Assembly (NCBI GenBank): GCA_963667845.2 | Contig: CAXXVL010000002.1 | Span: 1,568,001-1,632,000, forward strand | From: Smithellaceae bacterium | Lineage (GTDB): Bacteria > Desulfobacterota > Syntrophia > Syntrophales > Smithellaceae | Direction of reading: 5' to 3' | Length of the DNA: 64,000 bases | Part shown: positions 42,418 to 54,670 of the stretch, one piece after another | Numbering within the stretch: position 1 is the first letter of the stretch | How the letters are laid out: each line of letters starts with the position of its first letter | Position numbers and translations under genes: made by a program | Notes under the pieces: model-generated | What the model was told of the DNA's origin: nothing | What the model saw: only the letters and a program-made list of their open reading frames with translations | Databases searched by the model: none

Positions 42418-43239
42418 ATGGGAATTATCAAGTATAAACCAACATCACCCGGCAGGCGATTTCAGAGTGTCTCTGATTTTGCAGAGATTACGTCAGATGA
42501 ACCGGTAAAAAGCCTTTTAAAGCCGATCAAAAGAACCGGCGGTCGTAACAGTTACGGCAGGATCACTGCGCGCTACATCGGCGGCGGTCACAAGCGTAAA
42601 TATCGGATGATTGATTTCTGCCGCAACAAGACGGATATTCCGGCAAAAGTGGCTACGATAGAATATGATCCGAACCGGTCGGCAAGAATTGCATTACTCA
42701 ATTATCGCGATGGTGAGAAAAGATATATTGTAGCACCCGCGCAGATCAATGTTGGCGATGTTCTGGTGAGCGGTCCCAAGGCAGATATCAAGCCGGGCAA
42801 CGCCATCCCTCTTAAGTATATCCCGCTGGGTTCCTTAATTCATAACGTGGAATTAAAAGTAGGACGCGGAGCGCAACTGATTCGTTCTGCGGGAACTTAT
42901 GGCCAGCTGATGGCTAAGGAAGGAACCTATGCCCAGGTGAGACTTCCTTCCGGTGAAGTCCGCAGAGTATTCATCGAATGCATGGCAACGGTCGGTCAGG
43001 TCGGGAACAATGACCATGAGAATATCAGCATCGGTAAAGCCGGACGGACCCGTTGGCTGGGTAAAAGTCCCCATGTCCGCGGTGTTGTCATGAATCCGGT
43101 GGACCATCCGATGGGCGGTGGCGAAGGAAAGTCATCCGGTGGCCGACATCCGTGTACGCCTTGGGGTGTTCCTACAAAGGGTCACAAAACGAGAAAAAAC
43201 AAGAGAACCGATAAATATATCGTCAAGAGAAGAGGTTAA
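42418..43239 (+). CDS. rplB: 50S ribosomal protein L2
   Basis: [21 protein letters not shown]. Confidence 0.98.
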   Translation: MGIIKYKPTSPGRRFQSVSDFAEITSDEPVKSLLKPIKRTGGRNSYGRITARYIGGGHKRKYRMIDFCRNKTDIPAKVATIEYDPNRSARIALLNYRDGEKRYIVAPAQINVGDVLVSGPKADIKPGNAIPLKYIPLGSLIHNVELKVGRGAQLIRSAGTYGQLMAKEGTYAQVRLPSGEVRRVFIECMATVGQVGNNDHENISIGKAGRTRWLGKSPHVRGVVMNPVDHPMGGGEGKSSGGRHPCTPWGVPTKGHKTRKNKRTDKYIVKRRG

Positions 43240-43245
43240 GATAAC

Positions 43246-43527
43246 GTGGCACGTTCGATCAAAAAAGGTCCTTATATTGAAGATAGTTTGCTTGCCAAGG
43301 TGCGGAAAATGGAAGCCGAAAGCAGCAAGAATGTAATTAAGACTTGGTCGCGGCGTTCAACCATCACACCCGAGTTAATCGGTTACACATTTGCCGTCCA
43401 TAACGGAAAAAAATTCATCCCGGTTTATGTGACAGAGAATATGGTCGGTCATAAAATGGGCGAGTTCGCGCCGACGAGGACCTTTTATTCTCATTCCGGC
43501 GACCGGAAAACAAAGGTTAAGAAGTAA
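43246..43527 (+). CDS. rpsS: 30S ribosomal protein S19
   Basis: KTWSRRS, GHKMGEF. Confidence 0.97.
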   Translation: MARSIKKGPYIEDSLLAKVRKMEAESSKNVIKTWSRRSTITPELIGYTFAVHNGKKFIPVYVTENMVGHKMGEFAPTRTFYSHSGDRKTKVKK

Positions 43528-43567
43528 TCATTTCCGCGCAATCGGACAGGTTTGGAGTTGATAAGAT

Positions 43568-43900
43568 ATGGAAGCAAAAGCAGTTGCAAAATATATTCGG
43601 ATGTCGCCGCAGAAAGTCCGGTTGGTCGTTGACTTGGTTCGTGGGAAGAAAGTGCAGGAAGCCGGCAATATCCTGCGTTATACCAGGAAGTACTCTGCGG
43701 GAATTATCGCGAAGGTGCTGAAATCCGCTGTCGCCAACGCGGCCCAGAATCCCAATATTGATGAAAACACACTTTACGTCAAAGAGATATTTGTGGACCA
43801 GGGACCGGCATTGAAGCGCTGGCGGGCCAGAGCCCAGGGAAGAGCGGCGGGAATTAAAAAAAGAACGTCTCACATCACCGTTGTCGTGGATGAAAAGTAA
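43568..43900 (+). CDS. rplV: 50S ribosomal protein L22
   Basis: [14 protein letters not shown]. Confidence 0.97.
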   Translation: MEAKAVAKYIRMSPQKVRLVVDLVRGKKVQEAGNILRYTRKYSAGIIAKVLKSAVANAAQNPNIDENTLYVKEIFVDQGPALKRWRARAQGRAAGIKKRTSHITVVVDEK

Positions 43901-43912
43901 GGAGGAACGATA

Positions 43913-44560
43913 TTGGGTCAGAAGGTTAACCCGGTAGGATTACGATTAGGCTACATCAAAAAGTGGCAGTCCGTATGGTTTGCCGAAAAGAATTACAGTG
44001 GGATGCTGCTGGAAGACTTAAAGGTGCGAAAGTTCCTTAAGAAAAAGCTGTACCACGCCGGTATTTCCCATATCGAAATTGAGCGGGCGGCCAACAAAGC
44101 CAAGGTGAATATTTATGCGGCCCGGCCCGGCGTCATTATCGGGAAAAAAGGATCGGAAATAGAAAAGCTGAAAACGGAAATTGAAAAATTTTCTCAGGCT
44201 GAAATTATCATCAATATTTTAGAGGTCCGCAAACCGGAAACAGATGCCCAACTCGTCGCCGAAAATGTCGCTATGCAATTGGAAAGACGTGTCGCGTTTC
44301 GACGGGCGATGAAGAAGTGTGTCGGTTACGCCCTGAAATTCGGAGCCAAGGGCATTAAGATCACGTGTTCCGGGCGCTTGGGCGGTGCCGAAATGTCCCG
44401 CTCTGAGTGGTACCGCGAAGGGAGAGTTCCGCTGCATACCCTGAGAGCGGATATCGATTACGGATTCATCGAAGCACATACAGCGTACGGATTGATCGGT
44501 GTAAAAGTTTTAATTTTCCACGGAGAAGTTTTGCCCACGAAGAATGAAAAACAGTCATAG
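43913..44560 (+). CDS. rpsC: 30S ribosomal protein S3
   Basis: [20 protein letters not shown]. Confidence 0.97.
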   Translation: MGQKVNPVGLRLGYIKKWQSVWFAEKNYSGMLLEDLKVRKFLKKKLYHAGISHIEIERAANKAKVNIYAARPGVIIGKKGSEIEKLKTEIEKFSQAEIIINILEVRKPETDAQLVAENVAMQLERRVAFRRAMKKCVGYALKFGAKGIKITCSGRLGGAEMSRSEWYREGRVPLHTLRADIDYGFIEAHTAYGLIGVKVLIFHGEVLPTKNEKQS

Positions 44561-44616
44561 TTCCGGTGAGGCCTCCTTATAGGTCCTGCTGTGAAGATAA
44601 ACGGGAGTTTTGAATT

Positions 44617-45039
44617 ATGTTAATGCCAAAACGGGTAAAATATAGAAAATTGCAGAAAGGCCGCATGGGAGGAAAGGCGACCAGAGGCGGGACGATTGCC
44701 TTCGGGGACTATGGCTTGCAGGCGGCTGAATGCGGATGGGTTTCGGCCCGTCAGATCGAAGCGGCGCGCGTTGCGATGACGCGTTATGTAAAGCGCGGCG
44801 GCAAAATATGGATTCGCGTATTTCCACACAAATCCATCACAAAGAAACCTGCTGAAACCCGAATGGGAAAAGGTAAGGGGGCGCCTGAAGGATGGGTGGC
44901 CGTTGTTAAACCAGGTTCAGTCCTCTACGAGATGGAAGGTGTAACCAAAGAGGTGGCTAAAGAAGCATTTCGTTTGGCATCGCATAAACTCTCAATTTCG
45001 ACAAAGTTCTTATCGAGGGAGATATCTGATGAAAATTAG
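44617..45039 (+). CDS. rplP: 50S ribosomal protein L16
   Basis: RQIEAAR, RMGKGKG. Confidence 0.97.
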   Translation: MLMPKRVKYRKLQKGRMGGKATRGGTIAFGDYGLQAAECGWVSARQIEAARVAMTRYVKRGGKIWIRVFPHKSITKKPAETRMGKGKGAPEGWVAVVKPGSVLYEMEGVTKEVAKEAFRLASHKLSISTKFLSREISDEN

Positions 45040-45223
45040 TGAAATCAGAGGTCTCGGAATCAACGAGCTTCAAATCAAAAGTAAGGAATTAGTGGAAGAA
45101 TTGTTTCGGTTGAAGATTCGGCATGCATCGGGTCAACTCGAATCAACCGCGACGCTGGGGCGGCTGCGCAAGGAAATTGCCCGTATCGCAACGGTGCTGA
45201 AGGAAAAGGAGGCCGCAGGTTAA
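45029..45223 (+). CDS. rpmC: 50S ribosomal protein L29
   Basis: [15 protein letters not shown]. Confidence 0.95.
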   Translation: MKISEIRGLGINELQIKSKELVEELFRLKIRHASGQLESTATLGRLRKEIARIATVLKEKEAAG

Positions 45224-45224
45224 T

Positions 45225-45482
45225 ATGGCTGAAAAGAGCAACAAGCGCACGATTAAGGGCGTAGTCGTCAGTGACAAAATGGATAAAACCATCGTGGTGA
45301 AGGCCGAAAGACTCGTCAAGCATTCCGTGTTTCATAAATACGTCCGCAGACATGTCAAATACAAGGCCCATGATGAGCAGAATCAGTGCAAAACGGGAGA
45401 TACCGTATTAATCATTGAAGCGCGGCCGATGAGTAAAGACAAACGCTGGCGGATGCTGGAAATTCTGGAGAAAGCGAAATAG
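45225..45482 (+). CDS. rpsQ: 30S ribosomal protein S17
   Basis: [20 protein letters not shown]. Confidence 0.97.
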   Translation: MAEKSNKRTIKGVVVSDKMDKTIVVKAERLVKHSVFHKYVRRHVKYKAHDEQNQCKTGDTVLIIEARPMSKDKRWRMLEILEKAK

Positions 45483-45528
45483 AAACTTGTCTATCATGGC
45501 AAGGAGCTTGTTTAGGTGGAGTTTATTT

Positions 45529-45897
45529 ATGATTCAGATGCAGACAATACTCAATGTTGCCGATAATTCAGGCGCCAAGCGAGTTGCGTGTATTAAGGTG
45601 CTTGGCGGATCGAAGCGGCGTTACGCCTCCCTGGGTGACATCATCGTCGTGGCTGTAAAAGAGGCGATACCAAATTCCAAGGTGAAAAAAGGCGATGTGA
45701 TGAAAGCGGTCATCGTCCGCACCGTAAAAGAAGTGAAGCGGCCGGACGGATCTTACCTTAAGTTTGATGACAACTCCGCCGTTCTCATCAGCAATCAGAT
45801 GGAACCGGTCGGGACACGAATATTTGGACCCGTTGCCCGTGAACTGAGAGCAAAGCAGTTTATGAAGATTATCTCGCTGGCTCCAGAGGTGTTGTAA
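45529..45897 (+). CDS. rplN: 50S ribosomal protein L14
   Basis: [23 protein letters not shown]. Confidence 0.97.
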   Translation: MIQMQTILNVADNSGAKRVACIKVLGGSKRRYASLGDIIVVAVKEAIPNSKVKKGDVMKAVIVRTVKEVKRPDGSYLKFDDNSAVLISNQMEPVGTRIFGPVARELRAKQFMKIISLAPEVL

Positions 45898-45919
45898 GCC
45901 TGTTTTGAAGAGGGGAAAA

Positions 45920-46243
45920 ATGAGTTTAGGCAGATTGAAAAAGGGAGATATGGTAAAAGTTCTGGCCGGTAAGGATAAAGGAAAAACCGGCAAGATTCTG
46001 AAAGCCATACCCGAGAAGAACAAAGTGGTCGTCGAGAAGATCAACGTGATCAAGAAGCATAAACGGCCTGATCAGAAGAGCAAAGGCGGTGTCGTGGAAA
46101 AAGAGGCGGCGATGAATATATCCAAGGTCAGCATTATTTGCGGAAAGTGCAAAGAAGCGACCCGGATCAAGAATCGTGTTCTCGAAGACGGCAAGAAGAT
46201 TCGTATCTGCAGCAAGTGCAATGACGTTATCGATGTGGGTTAA
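45920..46243 (+). CDS. rplX: 50S ribosomal protein L24
   Basis: KKGDMVKVLAGKDKGK. Confidence 0.96.
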   Translation: MSLGRLKKGDMVKVLAGKDKGKTGKILKAIPEKNKVVVEKINVIKKHKRPDQKSKGGVVEKEAAMNISKVSIICGKCKEATRIKNRVLEDGKKIRICSKCNDVIDVG

Positions 46244-46249
46244 GAAAAA

Positions 46250-46789
46250 ATGGCAAGATTGAGAGATTATTATTTAAAGACTGTAGTGCCGGCTCTGGTC
46301 AAGGAATTTGATTACAAGAATCCCATGCAAGTACCCAAGATCGAGAAGATCGTCGTCAATATGGGTTTAGGCGAGGCCATTTCGAATGTCAAAATCATTG
46401 ATGGCGCCGTGCAGGAAATGGCCATGATTACGGGACAGAAGCCGGTGATCACCAAAGCGAAAAAATCCATTGCAACATTCAAACTTCGCCAGGGCATGCC
46501 GATCGGTTGCTCGGTGACGCTGAGAAAAGAAGTCATGTATGAATTTTTTGATCGCCTTGTGAATGTTGCATTGCCGAAAGTGAGAGACTTTCGGGGTATC
46601 TCGCCGACCGCGTTTGACGGCAGGGGAAATTATTCCATCGGTCTGCACGAACAGATTATTTTCCCGGAAATTGAATACGATAAAATTGAAAAGATCAAGG
46701 GAATGAATATCACCATAGTGACGACGGCGCGAACCGATGAGGAAGCGCGCATGTTGCTGAGGCTGATGGGTGTACCCTTTAAGAATTAA
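46250..46789 (+). CDS. rplE: 50S ribosomal protein L5
   Basis: KIVVNMG, FDGRGNY. Confidence 0.97.
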   Translation: MARLRDYYLKTVVPALVKEFDYKNPMQVPKIEKIVVNMGLGEAISNVKIIDGAVQEMAMITGQKPVITKAKKSIATFKLRQGMPIGCSVTLRKEVMYEFFDRLVNVALPKVRDFRGISPTAFDGRGNYSIGLHEQIIFPEIEYDKIEKIKGMNITIVTTARTDEEARMLLRLMGVPFKN

Positions 46790-46814
46790 CGAGTAAGCAC
46801 CGGAGGAAATTCGC

Positions 46815-47000
46815 GTGGCAAAAAAGTCATTAATCGCAAAAGCAAGCAGGAAAGCAAAATTTTCGGTCAGGGAGTACAACCGTTGTCAGATTTGCGGCAG
46901 ACCCCGGGCGTATTATAGAAAATTTGAAATGTGCAGAATTTGTTTAAGGAAACTATCCCTTCAGGGCGAGCTTCCCGGTGTTATAAAATCAAGTTGGTAA
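46815..47000 (+). CDS. rpsN: 30S ribosomal protein S14 (Zn-binding type Z)
   Basis: RCQICGR..MCRIC. Confidence 0.97.
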   Translation: MAKKSLIAKASRKAKFSVREYNRCQICGRPRAYYRKFEMCRICLRKLSLQGELPGVIKSSW

Positions 47001-47022
47001 TTATAGCTTAAGGAGAAAAAGC

Positions 47023-47424
47023 ATGGGGATGACGGATCCTATTGCCGATATGCTGACCAGAATTCGAAACGGAAATAAAGCTCGTTTCAAAAGCGTTAAT
47101 GTAACCATGTCGCAAATGAATATGAATATTGCCAAAGTTTTGAAAGCGACAGGGTATATCAACAATTATGATACAACAAAGGATGAGAAGGACCGTCCGA
47201 TGCTGAAGATCACTCTCAAATATCCGGATGCAAAACATACGGTGATCACAGACATCAAAAGAGTCAGCAAGCCCGGACGCAGGGTTTATGTCCCGGCGGA
47301 TAAGATTCCCAAGGTCCTGAACGGTTTTGGTGTCTCGATTCTTTCGACGTCCCGTGGTGTCATCACGGATCAGGAAGCCAGAGAGTCCAATGTCGGTGGT
47401 GAAATTCTTTGTAAGGTTTGGTAA
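47023..47424 (+). CDS. rpsH: 30S ribosomal protein S8
   Basis: DPIADMLTRIRN, SKPGRRVY. Confidence 0.97.
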   Translation: MGMTDPIADMLTRIRNGNKARFKSVNVTMSQMNMNIAKVLKATGYINNYDTTKDEKDRPMLKITLKYPDAKHTVITDIKRVSKPGRRVYVPADKIPKVLNGFGVSILSTSRGVITDQEARESNVGGEILCKVW

Positions 47425-47457
47425 TTCAATATAGATTTTAGACGGGAGTCCTTGTTC

Positions 47458-48000
47458 ATGTCGAGAATAGGTAAAAAGCCGGTCACTTTTCCCAAGAATG
47501 TAAAAATCAGCCAAAGTGGCGGTATTGTCAAAGTGGAGGGCCCGAAGGGCGCGTTATCTTCGAAATTGCCGGATGGTATAACGATGGTCGTCTCCGACAA
47601 TCAATTGTCCGTCGAACGGCAATCAGAAGATCGTCTTGTCCGTTCATTTCATGGCCTGGCCAGAACACTGATCAACAATATGGTGACAGGTGTCAGCACC
47701 GGCTTCGAAAAAGGACTGGAAATATCGGGCGTCGGTTATCGTGCCGAAGTCGCCGGTTCGACCCTGAAACTTGTTTTAGGTTTTTCGAGTCCCGTGGAAT
47801 ACAGCATTCCCAAAGGAATTGATGTAAAGGTCGATAAACAGGTAAACCTGGTGGTTTCCGGAATTAATAAGGAACTCGTTGGCCGGGTAGCTTCGGAAAT
47901 TCGTTCGCTGAAGAAGCCTGAACCCTACAAAGGCAAAGGCATCAAATACGTGGGTGAGCATATACGGCGCAAAGCAGGAAAAGCGGCGGGCGCTAAATAA
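47458..48000 (+). CDS. rplF: 50S ribosomal protein L6
   Basis: MSRIGKKP, PEPYKGKG. Confidence 0.97.
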   Translation: MSRIGKKPVTFPKNVKISQSGGIVKVEGPKGALSSKLPDGITMVVSDNQLSVERQSEDRLVRSFHGLARTLINNMVTGVSTGFEKGLEISGVGYRAEVAGSTLKLVLGFSSPVEYSIPKGIDVKVDKQVNLVVSGINKELVGRVASEIRSLKKPEPYKGKGIKYVGEHIRRKAGKAAGAK

Positions 48001-48035
48001 GAATTCATTACTTATAGGCTAAAAGAGGTGGAACA

Positions 48036-48401
48036 TTGGCTTCCAAAAAGACACTAAAAATCAGAGATAAGAGAGAAAAAAGAGTCAGGGGAAAACTTAC
48101 GGGAACGTCAGAGCGGCCCCGTCTTTCTGTTTTCCGGTCGGATAAACACATCTACGCTCAGGTCATCAACGATGCTCAGGGGACAACAATCGCCATGGCG
48201 TCTACGTTGAGCAAAGAGTTGGCCGGTAAATTCAAAGGCATTAAGAAAGTGGATGTGGCCAAGGAAGTAGGCAAACTGATTGCGGCGCGTTTGCAGACCC
48301 TGGGCGTGGAAAAAGTCGTTTTTGATAGAGGGCGATTTCTCTATCACGGCCGCGTGAAAGCCCTAGCCGATGCAGCGCGGGAAACTGGTCTTAAATTTTA
48401 A
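48036..48401 (+). CDS. rplR: 50S ribosomal protein L18
   Basis: [18 protein letters not shown]. Confidence 0.97.
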   Translation: MASKKTLKIRDKREKRVRGKLTGTSERPRLSVFRSDKHIYAQVINDAQGTTIAMASTLSKELAGKFKGIKKVDVAKEVGKLIAARLQTLGVEKVVFDRGRFLYHGRVKALADAARETGLKF

Positions 48402-48422
48402 CTCAATTAGTGAATAGAACTC

Positions 48423-48920
48423 ATGATAAGGGAAGAATCGTTGGAAAAAAAGGAAATGAAAGATGTAGAGCTCCTCGACCGAGTCATTGCCATTAATCGT
48501 ACGGCAAAAGTCGTTAAGGGAGGAAGGCGGTTTCGTTTCAGTGCGATCGTCGTGGTCGGTGACGGCCAGGGAATGGTCGGTGCCGGCTTGGGCAAAGCGC
48601 ATGAGGTTCCCGAAGCAATTCGCAAGGGGATGGAAATGGCCAAGAAGAATATGGTTAAGGTTGCCGTGGCCAACAAAACGATTCCCTATGAAGTTCTGGG
48701 AAAGTTCGGCGCGGGTAAAGTGTTGCTGAAACCGGCGTCGGAAGGAACAGGCTTGATCGCCGGCGGCGCAGTGAGAGCCGTATTGGAAGTGGCCGGTGTT
48801 CATAATATTTTGACAAAATGCTTAGGTTCACACAATCCGCACAACTTGGTCAAGGCAACCGTCGAAGGGCTTTGCCAGTTGAAGAGTCCGGCGGATATTG
48901 CTGCCCAGCGTGGCAAGTAA
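48423..48920 (+). CDS. rpsE: 30S ribosomal protein S5 (start uncertain: 48423/48441/48456)
   Basis: [17 protein letters not shown]. Confidence 0.96.
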   Translation: MIREESLEKKEMKDVELLDRVIAINRTAKVVKGGRRFRFSAIVVVGDGQGMVGAGLGKAHEVPEAIRKGMEMAKKNMVKVAVANKTIPYEVLGKFGAGKVLLKPASEGTGLIAGGAVRAVLEVAGVHNILTKCLGSHNPHNLVKATVEGLCQLKSPADIAAQRGK

Positions 48921-48943
48921 AATATGACGAGGGTGTTGATACA

Positions 48944-49132
48944 GTGGCTAAAATGTTAAAAGTAAAAATGGTAAAAAGCGTTATCACGCGGCCGGAAAAA
49001 CAAAGAAAAATTCTGCGTGGTATGGGACTTAAGAAATTGAATAGCACTGTGACTCTGGTGGATACTCCGGAGATCCGTGGCATGATAAATAAAGTGATCC
49101 ACCTCGTTTCTGTGGAAGAGTCAAAGGAGTAG
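48944..49132 (+). CDS. rpmD: 50S ribosomal protein L30
   Basis: LKVKMVKS..LRGMGLKK..IRGMINKV; GTG start inside the longer track ORF. Confidence 0.93.
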   Translation: MAKMLKVKMVKSVITRPEKQRKILRGMGLKKLNSTVTLVDTPEIRGMINKVIHLVSVEESKE

Positions 49133-49135
49133 GTT

Positions 49136-49582
49136 ATGGATTTGAGTTCTCTCAATGCACCCGCCGGAGCGACAAAGAAAAGAAAGCGCGTTGGCCGAGG
49201 GGATGCGTCCGGTCACGGAGGAACATCCGGCAAAGGTCATAAGGGCCAGAAGGCTCGCTCGGGGGGCTATGTGCGGGATGGTTTTGAAGGCGGTCAAATG
49301 CCCATGTCCCGGCGGTTGCCGAAAAGAGGTTTCCGCAATCTGTTTCGCGAAAGCTACGTTGCGGTGAATATCATGGATTTATGCCGCAAATTTCAGAAGG
49401 GCGCCGTCATCGATGAGGCGGCTATCTTAGCCAGTGGACTTGTCAAGAAGAAGGCCGACGGGATTAAAATCCTGGCCAAAGGCGATATTGATTTTCCAGT
49501 AACCGTAAAAGTAGCTAAAATCAGTTCGGCCGCAAAAGCAAAAATCACCGCTGCGGGCGGATCTATTGAAGAGGTAATCTAA
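49136..49582 (+). CDS. rplO: 50S ribosomal protein L15
   Basis: [20 protein letters not shown]. Confidence 0.97.
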   Translation: MDLSSLNAPAGATKKRKRVGRGDASGHGGTSGKGHKGQKARSGGYVRDGFEGGQMPMSRRLPKRGFRNLFRESYVAVNIMDLCRKFQKGAVIDEAAILASGLVKKKADGIKILAKGDIDFPVTVKVAKISSAAKAKITAAGGSIEEVI

Positions 49583-49583
49583 T

Positions 49584-50891
49584 TTGCTAGAGGGATTAGG
49601 CGGCGTTTCTAAAATACCGGAATTGCAGAGAAGAATATTGTTTACGCTGCTTCTTCTTGCAGTTTATCGTGTCGGTGTCTTTATTCCAACCCCTGGAATT
49701 GACAATACCGCATTGCTGGCTTTCTTTGAGCATGCCCGCGGCTCCATGCTGGGTTTGATGGATTTGTTTGCGGGCGGCGCATTGAGCACATTTTCAATCT
49801 TTGCTCTCGGCATTATGCCATATATCACCTCGTCGATTATCATTAATTTATTGACCGTCGCCATTCCGCATCTGGAAAAGCTTTCCAAGGAAGGCGAAAA
49901 CGGACGCAGAAAAATCACGCAGTACACGCGTTACGGCACAGTCGGTTTAAGTATTATTCAGGGATTTGGCATCGCGTGGGGATTGCAACACATGGCGAGT
50001 CCGTCCGGCGCTCCCATTGTTTTGAATGCCGGCTGGTCATTTATTTTAATGACGATTATTACACTGACTTCCGGTACCTCATTCTTAATGTGGCTCGGCG
50101 AAACCATTACTGAAAAAGGTATTGGCAACGGCATATCGCTCATCATTTTTGCGGGTATTGTCTGCAACATTCCGCGGGCGATCGGCAGCACATGGACGTT
50201 GTATACATCCGGTGAATTGCATTTTGCTATTTTGTTCTTATTACTTATTTTTATGATTTTAGTCATCGGTGCCATCGTTTTTGTGGAAGCGGCGCAAAGA
50301 CGAATACCCGTTCAATATGCGAAAAGAATTGTCGGCCGAAAGATGTATGGCGGACAGACGACCCATTTGCCACTCAAGATTAATTCATCTGGAGTTATTC
50401 CGCCGATTTTCGCATCTTCGGTAATTATGTTTCCGGCGACGATTGCCAACTTCGCGCCGCAGGGCTGGATGCAGACGGCTGCCGGGTTTTTAAAACCGGG
50501 ACAGGTCGGGTATGAAATCCTTTTTGTGGCCTTGATCTTCTTCTTCTGCTTCTTCTATACAGCGGTTACGATTAAGCCGGATGACATGGCCGAAAATATG
50601 AAGAAGTACGGTGGATATGTTCCGGGAATCCGGCCGGGCAAGAAAACGGCAGAGTACATCGAAGAAATTCTGGAAAGGCTCACGTTCAGTGGAGCAATTT
50701 ATGTTTCCATCATCTGCGTTCTGCCGAGCGTTTTGATTTCGCAATTAAATACGCCGTTCTATTTCGGCGGTACATCCTTGCTGATTGTCGTCGGCGTTGC
50801 GATGGATACGGCAAGCCAGATAGAGTCGCACTTGTTAACCCGTCAATATGAAGGGTTTATGAAAAAAGGTCATATTGCACGCAGACGGTAA
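49584..50891 (+). CDS. secY: preprotein translocase SecY
   Basis: SIFALGIMPYI, GIGNGISL, PGIRPG, GGTSLLI. Confidence 0.97.
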   Translation: MLEGLGGVSKIPELQRRILFTLLLLAVYRVGVFIPTPGIDNTALLAFFEHARGSMLGLMDLFAGGALSTFSIFALGIMPYITSSIIINLLTVAIPHLEKLSKEGENGRRKITQYTRYGTVGLSIIQGFGIAWGLQHMASPSGAPIVLNAGWSFILMTIITLTSGTSFLMWLGETITEKGIGNGISLIIFAGIVCNIPRAIGSTWTLYTSGELHFAILFLLLIFMILVIGAIVFVEAAQRRIPVQYAKRIVGRKMYGGQTTHLPLKINSSGVIPPIFASSVIMFPATIANFAPQGWMQTAAGFLKPGQVGYEILFVALIFFFCFFYTAVTIKPDDMAENMKKYGGYVPGIRPGKKTAEYIEEILERLTFSGAIYVSIICVLPSVLISQLNTPFYFGGTSLLIVVGVAMDTASQIESHLLTRQYEGFMKKGHIARRR

Positions 50892-50918
50892 TCTGGTTAT
50901 CCTAAAAGGTTAAGGCTC

Positions 50919-51668
50919 ATGGTCCTTTTGAAGCAGCCGGATGAAATAGCAAAAGCCAGAGCGGCAAACCGGATTGTGGCAGATGTATTAAGTGTTCTTC
51001 GAGAAAAGATTAAGCCGGGCGTAACGACTCGGGAGTTGGATAGAATAGCGGAGAGTCTTACGGAAAAAAGGGGCGCGAAACCGGCGTTCAAAGGATATCG
51101 GGGTTACCCCTTTTCACTGTGCACCTCGGTCAATGAAGAAGTTGTTCATGGGATGCCTTCGAATCGGATTTTAGTCGAGGGCGACATTATAGGACTTGAT
51201 TTTGGTGTTTATTATCAGGGACTTTACGGTGACTCAGCCATAACGCTTCCGGTCGGCAAGGCCAGTGACCAGGCAGCAAGCCTCATGCGGGTGACCGAGC
51301 AGAGCTTGTCTGAGGCCATTAGCCAGGTTTGCGAAGGAAACCGCCTGGGGGATATTTCGGCTGCGGTGCAGGAAACAGTCGAAGCGAACGGCTATTCGGT
51401 TGTCCGGGATTTTGTTGGTCATGGCATTGGCAGGAGTTTGCATGAAGACCCCCAGATACCGAATTTTGGAAAAAAAGGCCGGGGAATAGAACTGAAAAAA
51501 GGCATGATTCTGGCCATCGAGCCGATGGTCAATGCCGGGAAACATAAAGTTAAGATTCTGCAGGACGGCTGGACAGTCATTACCGCGGATGGAAGTTTAT
51601 CGGCTCATTTTGAACACTCCGTGGCAATCACGGATAACGGACCGGAGATTTTAAGCAGATTAAGTTAA
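50919..51668 (+). CDS. map: methionine aminopeptidase type I
   Basis: SVNEEVVHG, GHGIG, HEDP, AIEPM, SAHFEH. Confidence 0.96.
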   Translation: MVLLKQPDEIAKARAANRIVADVLSVLREKIKPGVTTRELDRIAESLTEKRGAKPAFKGYRGYPFSLCTSVNEEVVHGMPSNRILVEGDIIGLDFGVYYQGLYGDSAITLPVGKASDQAASLMRVTEQSLSEAISQVCEGNRLGDISAAVQETVEANGYSVVRDFVGHGIGRSLHEDPQIPNFGKKGRGIELKKGMILAIEPMVNAGKHKVKILQDGWTVITADGSLSAHFEHSVAITDNGPEILSRLS

Positions 51669-51710
51669 TTAAGTTCTTAAATTTAACGGCAGAATGATTA
51701 GAAAGAAGAT

Positions 51711-51929
51711 ATGGCGAAAGAGGAAGCAATAGAAGTTGAAGGTCGGGTCCTTGAGCCGCTGCCCAATGCCATGTTTCGGGTTGAACTGGAAAACGGGCAT
51801 AAGGTTCTGGCGCACATATCCGGAAAAATGCGGATGCATTTCATAAAAATTTTGCCGGGGGACAAAGTCACGGTAGAGCTTTCCCCCTACGATCTGACCC
51901 GGGGCCGGATCACTTACAGAACGAAATAA
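51711..51929 (+). CDS. infA: translation initiation factor IF-1
   Basis: [18 protein letters not shown]. Confidence 0.97.
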   Translation: MAKEEAIEVEGRVLEPLPNAMFRVELENGHKVLAHISGKMRMHFIKILPGDKVTVELSPYDLTRGRITYRTK

Positions 51930-51963
51930 AGTTTTTTTTTACTGAAGATAAGGAGTTTGCAGC

Positions 51964-52077
51964 GTGAAAGTAAGATCATCCGTAAAGAAAATATGCGAGA
52001 AGTGTAAAATCGTTAAGCGCAAGGGTGTTTTACGCGTCATTTGTGAAAACCCGAAACATAAGCAGCGTCAGGGCTAG
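51964..52077 (+). CDS. rpmJ: 50S ribosomal protein L36 (not in ORF track)
   Basis: Manual translation [46 protein letters not shown]. Confidence 0.95.
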   Translation: MKVRSSVKKICEKCKIVKRKGVLRVICENPKHKQRQG

Positions 52078-52101
52078 TTTAAACATTTCAGGAGGTTATA
52101 G

Positions 52102-52470
52102 GTGGCACGAATTTCAGGTGTTGATTTACCGAAAAATAAGAGAATGGAAGTTGCTCTAACTTACATTTATGGTATCGGCAAGACGAGGGCGAAGGAGATC
52201 CTGAAAGAGTCGGGCGTAAGCCCGGATACAAAGACTGATGAACTGGCCGACTCCGAAATATCAGCGATCAGAGGCATTATCGATCGGGAAGGAAAGGTGG
52301 AAGGCGATCTTCGCCGGGAAATTTCCATGTCGATAAAACGCTTAATGGATATCGGTGCTTATCGTGGTTTGCGCCACCGTAAAGGCCTTCCGACAAGAGG
52401 GCAGAGGACGCATACCAACGCAAGGACCAGAAAAGGTCCGAGAAGGGCAATCGCGGGTAAGAAAAAGTAG
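52102..52470 (+). CDS. rpsM: 30S ribosomal protein S13
   Basis: [24 protein letters not shown]. Confidence 0.97.
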   Translation: MARISGVDLPKNKRMEVALTYIYGIGKTRAKEILKESGVSPDTKTDELADSEISAIRGIIDREGKVEGDLRREISMSIKRLMDIGAYRGLRHRKGLPTRGQRTHTNARTRKGPRRAIAGKKK

Positions 52471-52498
52471 TTGGAATTAATTTTCGACCGGAGGAAAC

Positions 52499-52891
52499 AT
52501 GGCGAAAGCAGTCAGAAAAACAGGTAAGAAAAAGGAAAAGAAAAATATAACGGAAGGGGTTGCTCATATTCAATCCACTTTCAATAATACGATTATCACG
52601 ATCACGGATATGAGCGGCAACGTTGTTTCCTGGTCATCGGCGGGACTGCAGGGCTTCAAGGGTTCCCGCAAGAGCACGCCTTTTGCCGCGCAGATGGCAG
52701 CGGAAGACGCCGTGCGTAAAGCGAAGGATCAGGGCATGCGGAGGGTTCAGGTTTACATCAAAGGCCCGGGTGCCGGCCGGGAGTCGGCCTTGCGTTCGTT
52801 GCAGCTGGCCGGATTAACGATCACCATGATCAGAGATGTCACGCCTGTCCCGCATAACGGTTGCAGACCGCCGAAGCGGCGCAGGGTATAA
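52499..52891 (+). CDS. rpsK: 30S ribosomal protein S11
   Basis: [23 protein letters not shown]. Confidence 0.97.
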   Translation: MAKAVRKTGKKKEKKNITEGVAHIQSTFNNTIITITDMSGNVVSWSSAGLQGFKGSRKSTPFAAQMAAEDAVRKAKDQGMRRVQVYIKGPGAGRESALRSLQLAGLTITMIRDVTPVPHNGCRPPKRRRV

Positions 52892-52938
52892 CACAATAAA
52901 TATTTCAAGTAAGATTAGAGATTAAAGGGAGGCGTTTT

Positions 52939-53568
52939 TTGGCAAGATATACGGATTCCTCATGCAGACAGTGTCGCCGGGAAGGCTTGAAGCTTTTTCT
53001 GAAAGGCGATCGTTGTTATTCAGAAAAGTGTGCCTTTGAAAGAAGGGGCTATGCTCCGGGAGATCACGGACAATCCCATAAGAAGCAGCAGTCGGATTAC
53101 GGCACGCAGTTACGCGAAAAGCAAAAGCTCAAGAGAATGTATGGGCTTTTAGAAAAACAATTTCACGGTTACTTCGAAAAGGCCGATCGGCAGAAGGGCA
53201 TCACCGGTACGAATTTGCTGGTGCTTCTGGAACGCAGGCTCGACAATATGGTGTTTCGCCTCGGATTTTCCAATTCCCGGGTCGAGGCAAGGCAGCTGAT
53301 CAGCCACAGCCATTTTCTGGTGAACGGCAAAGCGGTCAACATCCCTTCGTACCTGCTCAAGGCAGGCGATGAAGTCACGATTAAAGAAGGTTCGCGTAAG
53401 ATTAATCGAATACTGGAAGCAATGGAAACCGTCGCGAGGCGCGGCATGCCACATTGGCTGGAACTGGATAAAGACAACTTTAAGGCGACCATTAAAATGT
53501 TGCCGGTTCGTGAAGATTTAACCATGCCGGTACAGGAACAGCTTATCGTAGAACTTTATTCGAAGTAA
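52939..53568 (+). CDS. rpsD: 30S ribosomal protein S4
   Basis: [21 protein letters not shown]. Confidence 0.97.
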   Translation: MARYTDSSCRQCRREGLKLFLKGDRCYSEKCAFERRGYAPGDHGQSHKKQQSDYGTQLREKQKLKRMYGLLEKQFHGYFEKADRQKGITGTNLLVLLERRLDNMVFRLGFSNSRVEARQLISHSHFLVNGKAVNIPSYLLKAGDEVTIKEGSRKINRILEAMETVARRGMPHWLELDKDNFKATIKMLPVREDLTMPVQEQLIVELYSK

Positions 53569-53612
53569 GCAAATATAATATTTAATAAACCAGCTTAAGA
53601 GTGGGGTTGATT

Positions 53613-54584
53613 ATGCAGAGAAACTGGTCGAGTTTGATTCGTCCCAAACGTGTTGATGTTGATGAAGCGACACATACACGGTTTTATGGAGAATTTACAA
53701 TTCAGCCGTTAGAAAGAGGATTTGGTATAACACTGGGCAATGCGCTGAGAAGAGTGCTTTTGTCTTCCATTCAAGGTGGGGCGATTACGTCAATCAAGCT
53801 TGATGGCGTCCTGCACGAGTTTTCTACGATTCCCGGAATTAAAGAAGACGTCACGGATGTTATATTGAATCTGAAGGGTGTACGCTTCAAACTGGGAACA
53901 GCCGATACAAAAGTTGTAAAATTTAATATTACCAGCGCTGGCGTCATTACAGCCGGTGATATTGTCACCGATGGAACCATTGAGGTCTTAAATCCAGATC
54001 ATTACATCGCCACCTTATCGGGCGGCGGCTCTTTTAAGGCGGAAATGGTCGTGAAAATGGGCAAGGGATATACGGCGGCCAAGAAGGAACTGGAACCGGA
54101 TCAGCCGGAAGGCACGATCAATATCGATGCCATCTTTTCTCCGATCAAAAAAGTGAATTACGTAGTTTCACACGCCCGCGTCGGCCAGATCACGGATTAT
54201 GATAAACTGGTGATGGAAGTCTGGACCGACGGCAGCCTGAATCCCGGCGACGCCATCGCGTACGCGGCTAAGATTTTAAAACAGCAGTTGGACGTCTTCA
54301 TTAACTTTGAAGAAGTCGAAGAGGAAATTGTTCCGGAAAAAGAAGACGAAAAAGGAAATGTCAACGAAATTCTCATGCGGTCTGTTGAAGATCTGGAGCT
54401 CTCCGTACGGTCCGCCAATTGCCTGAAGAACGCGGGAATCAATACGATCGGGGAATTGGTTCAGAAGACCGAAGCCGACATGCTCAAAACAAAGAATTTC
54501 GGCCGCAAGTCTCTCTCCGAGATCAAGGATATCCTGAACGAATACGGCCTTGTTTTCGGAATGAAGCTGGATATCAATTCCTGA
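53613..54584 (+). CDS. rpoA: RNA polymerase alpha subunit
   Basis: [33 protein letters not shown]. Confidence 0.97.
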   Translation: MQRNWSSLIRPKRVDVDEATHTRFYGEFTIQPLERGFGITLGNALRRVLLSSIQGGAITSIKLDGVLHEFSTIPGIKEDVTDVILNLKGVRFKLGTADTKVVKFNITSAGVITAGDIVTDGTIEVLNPDHYIATLSGGGSFKAEMVVKMGKGYTAAKKELEPDQPEGTINIDAIFSPIKKVNYVVSHARVGQITDYDKLVMEVWTDGSLNPGDAIAYAAKILKQQLDVFINFEEVEEEIVPEKEDEKGNVNEILMRSVEDLELSVRSANCLKNAGINTIGELVQKTEADMLKTKNFGRKSLSEIKDILNEYGLVFGMKLDINS

Positions 54585-54670
54585 AGAGCGGCGATGCAAG
54601 AAGTCTCCCAAAACGAAAACACTATTGATCAATCGTCACGATTGGACAGTCAGGAAAGGAAAGTTAAACA

